Source: Eledone cirrhosa
Lineage: Eukaryota
Direction: 5' to 3'
Length of the DNA: 64,000 nucleotides
Assembly: GCA_964016885.1 (NCBI GenBank)
Contig: OZ024747.1
Coordinates: 43,338,001-43,402,000 of the forward strand
The notes under the pieces were generated by a model. That model worked only from the letters and a program-made list of their open reading frames with translations. It was not told where the DNA came from and made no database searches. Position 1 is the first letter of the stretch, and each line of letters starts with the position of its first letter. The position numbers were made by a program, and so were the translations under genes. This document shows, piece after piece, positions 46,781 through 55,000 of this stretch.

Positions 46781-47808
46781 ACTGCTGTATTACATCTTAT
46801 TTGTTAGTAACTATCTTACTTATAGAATCCAGCTGCTGTATTACATCTTATTTGTTAGTAACTATCTTACTTATAGAATCCAGCTGCTGTATTACATCTT
46901 ATTTGTTAGTAACTCTCTTACTCACAGAATCCAGCTGCTGTATTACATCTTATTTGTTAGTAACCATCTTACTCACAGAATCCAGCTGCTGTATTACATC
47001 TTATTTGTTAGTAACTATCTTACTCATAGAATCCAGCTACTGTATTACATCTTATTTGTTAGTAACTATCTTACTCACAGAATCCAGCTGCTGTATTACA
47101 TCTAATTTGTTAGTAACTATCTTACTCATAGAATCCAGCTGTTGTATTACATCTTATTTGTTAGTAACTATCTTACTCACAGAATCCAGCTACTGTATTA
47201 CATCTTATTTGTTAGTAACTATCTTACTCATAGAATCCAGCTGCTGTATTACATCTTATTTGTTAGTAACTATCTTACTCATAGAATCCAGCTGCCGTAT
47301 TACATCTTATTTGTTAGTAACTATCTTACTCATAGAATCCAGCTGCTGTATTACAACTTATTTGTTAGTAACTATCTTACTCACAGAATCCAGCTGCTGT
47401 ATTACATCTTATTTGTTAGTAACTATCTTACTCACAGAATCCAGCTGCTGTATTACATCTTATTTGTTAGTAACTATCTTACTCATAGAATCCAGCTCCT
47501 GTATTACATCTTATTTGTTAGTAACTATCTTACTCACAGAATCAAGTGGAAAAGTGGACAAAATGGTAAAGGTATGACTGTAAAGAAAGAATGGCCAGAG
47601 ACATGTACTGCAATAGCCACCCCTCCTTATGTTGCTCCCTCATCAGATTTACAACCGCTTTTCCAACTTTACTAGTTTATTGAAATTTAAATTCAGTTTT
47701 AAAGCTATATTTTTTGTTTGATTATATTGTTTAAGTTTTATCACATTAAAAAAAAGATGTTTTAAAATCTGGACTGTGCAAATAAAATATCAAAATAAAA
47801 GGCATAAC

Positions 47809-47868
47809 CATGTGCCTAATCTAGAAATTAATTGTTTGGGTTATTGATGCCTAATCTAGAAAATAATT
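47809..47868 (+). repeat. 15-bp direct repeat, probably decayed SINE 3'-end remnants
   Basis: TGCCTAATCTAGAAA occurs at 47813 and 47848. It resembles the SINE end CCTTGTGCCTAAATCAGAAACAATT at about 62516-62540. Confidence 0.5.
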
Positions 47869-47948
47869 GAAGTATAACAGAAATCCTGAAAGATGTTCTA
47901 ATAAAGAATATGTGTGGAGTTAGCAGTATTTCAACAGCTCTTCCGTGA

Positions 47949-48156
47949 GTGTGTGTCTGCATATGTACATGTGTGTATCTGCATATGTATGTACATGTGT
48001 GTATCTGCATATGGACATGTGTGTGTGTCGGCATATGTACATGTGTGTGTCTGCATATGTACATGTGTGTATCTGCATATGTACATGTGTGTGTCTGCAT
48101 ATGGGCATGTGTGTGTCTGCATAATTACATGTGTGTGTATGTGTGTGTACATGTGT
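47949..48156. repeat. 22-bp minisatellite, about 9 copies, derived from a TG microsatellite
   Basis: The unit GTGTGTRTCTGCATATGTACAT repeats and is mostly alternating purine-pyrimidine. Confidence 0.92.
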
Positions 48157-48771
48157 CCCCACACTGCTTATTAATTTTTCAGATATTTCAAACTTCTCCT
48201 CCTCCCCCAGCTCTTATCCCCCTCCCCCCGCTTATTAAATGTTTACTAATCTATCTTGGGCAAAATTTTATTTTAAGAGATGGCATTCTTATGACAATTT
48301 ATTTTCTTTATACATTAAAAACATTATACATAACAAAAAAGTACATTACTAGAAGCCCCATATGTTATAAAATAAATACGATGTGTTGGGGGTCTCAATA
48401 TGTAAACTAAACAACTAATTCTGGTTTTTAACAAAATCAACGGAGAGACCTAGAAAAATTAACGATTTTCCACCATGCCCTATTATTTGGGACCCAAGAA
48501 TATGTGCATGTGTGTGTGTGTGGTTTCCTTTTTAGCTAATCGTGTGTTGGTTACTTAGCTTCTTCTCCCCCCCCCTTCTCCTCCTCCCAGGCAATGTTGT
48601 TGTTGCCTGTGTCACTATTGTTGATACTACTGTTGTCTCTGCTGGTGTTATTGTTGTAAACAACTTTATGAATGAAGTATAAAGGAAGGAAACATTGCAG
48701 GAACTTTCAGGATTTGAGGGGAAATTCTTTTTAGTTTAAACAATTCTTTATTCACTGAAACGGCCCTTGAA

Positions 48772-48909
48772 ACGGCCCTTGCCATTCTGAGTTCAAATCC
48801 CACCGCGGGTAACTTTGCTGTTTCATCCTTACGGGGGGGTCGATAAAATAAAGTACCAGTAATTCACTGGTGAATTGCTGGCCTTGTGCCAAAAGTATAA
48901 ACAATTATT
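48772..48909 (+). mobile_element. 5'-truncated tRNA-derived SINE, family A
   Basis: Closely similar to 62662-62797. It has a B-box-like GAGTTCAAATCC, the central TTTCATCCTTACGGGG...GTCGATAAAATAAAGTACCAGT, and the end GCCTTGTGCCAAAAGTATAAACAATTATT. Confidence 0.88.
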
Positions 48910-49072
48910 GTTCACACTGAATTTGTTGAACTTGCTTTCCTTTATGTCGGTTTTATGGGTAACAATTTTAGATTAATCAATGTTTGAAATGTAGTGGCCC
49001 CAAGATAAATGACTTCAATAATAGTTGAGAATGTCAGGTGAAGCACCCCTGGAGACAGACAAAGTGGACAGA

Positions 49073-52000
49073 GTTGTTGTTGTTGTTTAGACTTAAGACA
49101 GTGTAGTGGTGTTGTTGTTGTTGTTGTTGTTTAGACTTAACACTAGTATTGTTGTTGTTATTCAGACTTAAGACAGTGTAGTGGTGTTGTTGTTGTTGTT
49201 ATTTAGACTTAACACTGTAGTATTGTTGTTGTTGTTGTTATTCAGACTTAAGACAGTGTAGTGGTGTTGTTGTTGTTGTTATTTAGACTTAACACTGTAG
49301 TATTGTAGTTGTTGTTGCTGTTTAGACTTAAGACAGTTAGTGGTGGTGTTGTTGTTGTTTAGACTTAACACTGTAGTATTGTTGTTGTTGTTGTTGTTTA
49401 GACTTAAGACTAGTATTGTTCTTATTGTTGTTGTTTAGACTTAAGACAGTGTAGTGGTGTTGTTGTTGTTGTTTAGACTTAACACTGTAGTATTGTTGTT
49501 GTTGTTGTTGTTTAGACTTAAGACTAGTATTGTTCTTATTGTTGTTGTTTAGACTTAAGACAGTGTAGTGGTGGTGTTGTTGTTGTTGTTTAGACTTAAC
49601 ACTGTAGTATTGTTGTTGTTGTTGTTGTTTAGACTTAACACTGTAGTATTGTTGTTGTTGTTATTTAGACTTAAGACAGTGTAGTGGTGGTGTTGTTGTT
49701 GTTGTTTAGACTTAACACTGTAGTATTGTTGTTGTTGTTGTTGTTTAGACTTAAGACAGTGTAGTGGTGTTGTTGTTGTTGTTTATACTTAACACTGTAG
49801 TATTGTTGTTGTTGTTATTTAGACTTAAGACAGTGTAGTGGTGTTGTTGTTGTTGTTGTTTAGACTTAAGACAGTGTAGTGGTGTTGTTGTTGTTGTTGT
49901 TTAGACTTAACACTGTAGTATTGTTGTTGTTGTTGTTGTTTAGACTTAAGACAGTGTAGTGGTGTTGTTGTTGTTTATACTTAACACTGTAGTATTGTTG
50001 TTGTTGTTATTTAGACTTAAGACAGTGTAGTGGTGTTGTTGTTGTTGTTGTTTAGACTTAAGACAGTGTAGTGGTGTTGTTGTTGTTGTTGTTTAGACTT
50101 AAGACAGTGTAGTGGTGTTGTTGTTGTTGTTGTTTAGACTTAAGACAGTGTAGTGGTGTTGTTGTTGTTGTTGTTTAGACTTAACACTGTAGTATTGTTG
50201 TTGTTGTTGTTGTTTAGACTTAAGACAGTGTAGTGGTGTTGTTGTTGTTGTTTATACTTAACACTGTAGTATTGTTGTTGTTGTTATTTAGACTTAAGAC
50301 AGTGTAGTGGTGTTGTTGTTGTTGTTATTTAGACTTAAGACAGTGTAGTGGTGTTGTTGTTGTTGTTGTTTAGACTTAAGACAGTGTAGTGGTGTTGTTG
50401 TTGTTGTTGTTTAGACTTAACACTGTAGTATTGTTGTTGTTGTTGTTGTTTAGACTTAAGACAGTGTAGTGGTGTTGTTGTTGTTGTTTATACTTAACAC
50501 TGTAGTATTGTTGTTGTTGTTATTTAGACTTAAGACAGTGTAGTGGTGTTGTTGTTGTTGTTGTTTAGACTTAAGACAGTGTAGTGGTGTTGTTGTTGTT
50601 GTTGTTTAGACTTAAGACAGTGTAGTGGTGTTGTTGTTGTTGTTGTTTAGACTTAAGACAGTGTAGTGGTGTTGTTGTTGTTGTTGTTTAGACTTAACAC
50701 TGTAGTATTGTTGTTGTTGTTGTTGTTTAGACTTAAGACAGTGTAGTGGTGTTGTTGTTGTTGTTTATACTTAACACTGTAGTATTGTTGTTGTTGTTAT
50801 TTAGACTTAAGACAGTGTAGTGGTGTTGTTGTTGTTGTTATTTAGACTTAAGACAGTGTAGTGGTGTTGTTGTTGTTGTTGTTTAGACTTAAGACAGTGT
50901 AGTGGTGTTGTTGTTGTTGTTGTTTAGACTTAACACTGTAGTATTGTTGTTGTTGTTGTTGTTTAGACTTAAGACAGTGTAGTGGTGTTGTTGTTGTTGT
51001 TTATACTTAACACTGTAGTATTGTTGTTGTTGTTATTTAGACTTAAGACAGTGTAGTGGTGTTGTTGTTGTTGTTTATACTTAACACTGTAGTATTGTTG
51101 TTGTTGTTGTTTAGACTTAAGACAGTGTAGTGGTGTTGTTGTTGTTATTTAGACTTAAGACAGTGTAGTGGTGGTGTTGTTGTTGTTGTTTAGACTTAAC
51201 ACTGTAGTATTGTTGTTGTTGTTATTTAGAGTTAAGACAGTGTAGTGGTGGTGTTGTTGTTGTTGTTTAGACTTAACACTGTAGTATTGTTGTTGTTGTT
51301 ATTTAGACTTAAGACAGTGTAGTGGTGTTGTTGTTGTTGTTGTTTAGACTTAACACTGTAGTATTGTTGTTGTTGTTATTTAGACTTAAGACAGTGTAGT
51401 GGTGGTGTTGTTGTTGTTGTTTAGACTTAACACTGTAGTATTGTTGTTGTTGTTATTTAGAATTAAGACAGTGTAGTGGTGTTGTTGTTGTTGTTGTTTA
51501 GACTTAACACTGTAGTATTGTTGTTGTTGTTATTTAGACTTAAGACAGTGTAGTGGTGGTGTTGTTGTTGTTGTTTAGACTTAACACTGTAGTATTGTTG
51601 TTGTTGTTATTTAGAATTAAGACAGTGTAGTGGTGTTGTTGTTGTTGTTGTTTAGACTTAACACTGTAGTATTGTTGTTGTTGTTATTTAGACTTAAGAC
51701 AGTGTAGTGGTGGTGTTGTTGTTGTTGTTTAGACTTAACACTGTAGTATTGTTGTTGTTGTTATTTAGAGTTAAGACAGTGTAGTGGTGGTGTTGTTGTT
51801 GTTGTTTAGACTTAACACTGTAGTATTGTTGTTGTTGTTATTTAGAATTAAGACAGTGTAGTGGTGTTGTTGTTGTTGTTGTTTAGACTTAACACTGTAG
51901 TATTGTTGTTGTTGTTATTTAGACTTAAGACAGTGTAGTGGTGTTGTTGTTGTTGTTGTTTAGACTTAACACTGTAGTATTGTTGTTGTTGTTATTTAGA

Positions 52001-55000
52001 CTTAAGACAGTGTAGTGGTGGTGTTGTTGTTGTTGTTTAGACTTAACACTGTAGTATTGTTGTTGTTGTTATTTAGACTTAAGACAGTGTAGTGGTGTTG
52101 TTGTTGTTGTTGTTTAGACTTAACACTGTAGTATTGTTGTTGTTGTTATTTAGACTTAAGACAGTGTAGTGGTGGTGTTGTTGTTGTTGTTTAGACTTAA
52201 CACTGTAGTATTGTTGTTGTTGTTATTTAGAATTAAGACAGTGTAGTGGTGTTGTTGTTGTTGTTTAGACTTAACACTGTAGTATTGTTGTTGTTGTTAT
52301 TTAGACTTAAGACAGTGTAGTGGTGTTGTTGTTGTTGTTGTTTAGACTTAACACTGTAGTATTGTTGTTGTTGTTATTTAGACTTAAGACAGTGTAGTGG
52401 TGGTGTTGTTGTTGTTGTTTAGACTTAACACTGTAGTATTGTTGTTGTTGTTATTTAGACTTAAGACAGTGTAGTGATGTTGTTGTTGTTGTTGTTTAGA
52501 CTTAACACTGTAGTATTGTTGTTGTTGTTATTTAGACTTAAGACAGTGTAGTGGTGGTGTTGTTGTTGTTGTTTAGACTTAACACTGTAGTATTGTTGTT
52601 GTTGTTATTTAGACTTAAGACAGTGTAGTGATGTTGTTGTTGTTGTTGTTTAGACTTAACACTGTAGTATTGTTGTTGTTGTTATTTAGACTTAAGACAG
52701 TGTAGTGGTGGTGTTGTTGTTGTTGTTTAGACTTAACACTGTAGTATTGTTGTTGTTGTTATTTAGACTTAAGACAGTGTAGTGGTGTTGTTGTTGTTGT
52801 TGTTTAGAGTTAACACTGTAGTATTGTTGTTGTTGTTATTTAGAATTAAGACAGTGTAGTGGTGGTGTTGTTGTTGTTGTTTAGACTTAACACTGTAGTA
52901 TTGTTGTTGTTGTTATTTAGACTTAAGACAGTGTAGTGGTGGTGTTGTTGTTGTTGTTTAGACTTAACACTGTAGTATTGTTGTTGTTGTTATTTAGACT
53001 TAACAGTGTAGTGGTGTTGTTGTTTAGACTTAACACTGTAGTATTGTTGTTGTTGTTGTTGTTGTTTAGACTTAAGACAGTGTAGTGGTGTTGTTGTTGT
53101 TGTTGTTGTTTAGACTTAACACTAGTATTGTTGTTGTTGTTATATAGACTTAAGACAGTGTAGTGGTGTTGTTGTTGTTGTTGTTGTTTAGACTTAACAC
53201 TAGTATTGTTGTTGTTGTTGTTGTTTAGACTTAAGACAGTGTAGTGTTGTTGTTGTTGTTGTTGTTTAGACTTAACACTGTAGTATTGTTGTTGTTGTTA
53301 TTTAGACTTAAGACAGTGTAGTGGTGTTGTTTAGACTTAACACTGTAGTATTGTTGTTGTTGTTATTTAGACTTAAGACAGTGTAGTGGTGGTGTTGTTG
53401 TTGTTGTTTAGACTTAACACTGTAGTATTGTTGTTGTTGTTATTTAGACTTAAGACAGTGTAGTGGTGTTGTTGTTGTTGTTGTTTAGACTTAACACTGT
53501 AGTATTGTTGTTGTTGTTGTTGTTTAGACTTAAGACAGTGTAGTGGTGATGTTGTTGTTGTTGTTTAGACTTAACACTGTAGTATTGTTGTTGTTGTTAT
53601 TTAGACTTAAGACAGTGTAGTGGTGATGTTGTTGTTGTTGTTTAGAGTTAACACTGTAGTATTGTTGTTGTTGTTGTTTAGACTTAAGACAGTGTAGTGG
53701 TGATGTTGTTGTTGTTGTTTAGAGTTAACACTGTAGTATTGTTGTTGTTGTTGTTTAGAATTAAGACAGTGTAGTGGTGGTGTTGTTGTTGTTGTTTAGA
53801 CTTAACACTGTAGTATTGTTGTTGTTGTTATTTAGACTTAACAGTGTAGTGGTGTTGTTGTTGTTTAGACTTAACACTGTAGTATTGTTGTTGTTGTTAT
53901 TTAGACTTAACAGTGTAGTGGTGTTGTTGTTGTTTAGACTTAACACTGTAGTATTGTTGTTGTTGTTATTTAGACTTAAGACAGTGTAGTGTTGTTGTTG
54001 TTGTTGTTGTTTAGACTTAACACTAGTATTGTTGTTGTTGTTATATAGACTTAAGACAGTGTAGTGGTGTTGTTGTTGTTGTTGTTTAGACTTAACACTA
54101 GTATTGTTGTTGTTGTTGTTGTTGTTGTTTAGACTTAAGACAGTGTAGTGTTGTTGTTGTTGTTGTTGTTTAGACTTAACACTGTAGTATTGTTGTTGTT
54201 GTTATTTAGACTTAAGACAGTGTAGTGGTGTTGTTGTTGTTTAGACTTAACACTCTAGTATTGTTGTTGTTGTTATTTAGACTTAAGACAGTGTAGTGGT
54301 GGTATTGTTGTTGTTGTTTAGACTTAACACTGTAGTATTGTTGTTGTTGTTGTTGTTTAGACTTAAGACAGTGTAGTGGTGTTGTTGTTGTTGTTGTTTA
54401 GACTTAACACTAGTATTGTTGTTGTTGTTATATAGACTTAAGACAGTGTAGTGGTGTTGTTGTTGTTGTTGTTTAGACTTAACACTAGTATTGTTGTTGT
54501 TGTTGTTGTTGTTGTTTAGACTTAAGACAGTGTAGTGGTGTTGTTGTTGTTGTTGTTTAGACTTAACACTGTAGTATTGTTGTTGTTGTTATTTAGAATT
54601 AAGACAGTGTAGTGGTGGTGTTGTTGTTGTTGTTTAGACTTAACACTGTAGTATTGTTGTTGTTGTTATTTAGACTTAAGACAGTGTAGTGGTGATGTTG
54701 TTGTTGTTGTTTAGACTTAACACTGTAGTATTGTTGTTGTTGTTGTTTAGACTTAAGACAGTGTAGTGGTGTTGTTGTTGTTGTTTAGACTTAACACTGT
54801 AGTATTGTTGTTGTTGTTATTTAGACTTAAGACAGTGTAGTGGTGATGTTGTTGTTGTTGTTTAGACTTAACACTGTAGTATTGTTGTTGTTGTTGTTTA
54901 GACTTAAGACAGTGTAGTGGTGTTGTTGTTGTTATTTAGACTTAACAGTGTAGTGGTGTTGTTGTTGTTTAGACTTAACACTGTAGTATTGTTGTTGTTG

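Larger units (their letters stand above)
1..47543. repeat. Satellite array 1: 51-bp monomer, about 930 head-to-tail copies, continues beyond the left edge
   Basis: Consensus TTAGTAACTATCTTACTCACAGAATCCAGCTGCTGTATTACATCTTATTTG is read directly throughout, in one orientation with no insertions. Common variants are CTCAC/CTCAT/CACAT/CTTAT and ACATCT/ACAACT, plus recurrent 1-nt indels. The last monomer breaks off at ...CACAGAATC|AAGTGG. Confidence 0.99.

Noticed and set aside
1-47543. CRISPR array
   Set aside because: There are no unique spacers, leader or cas genes. The monomers are contiguous and the context is eukaryotic.
47-47675. Long + strand ORFs of LLVTILLTESSCCITSY or LFVSNYLTHRIQLLYYI repeats
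   Set aside because: 51 bp is 17 codons and two frames happen to lack stops. The ORFs switch frame at frequent 1-nt indels, mostly start at TTG, and have no unique domain. All three minus frames are closed.
47600-47675. PPYVAPSSDLQPLF resembles the mariner transposase motif HPPYSPDLAPSDYHLF
   Set aside because: The match needs indels, is very short, and has no supporting flanking transposase sequence or inverted repeats. A TBLASTX search would settle it.
47828-48410. His/Thr- and Cys/Val-rich ORFs on both strands
   Set aside because: They are translations of the TG/CA-derived minisatellite.
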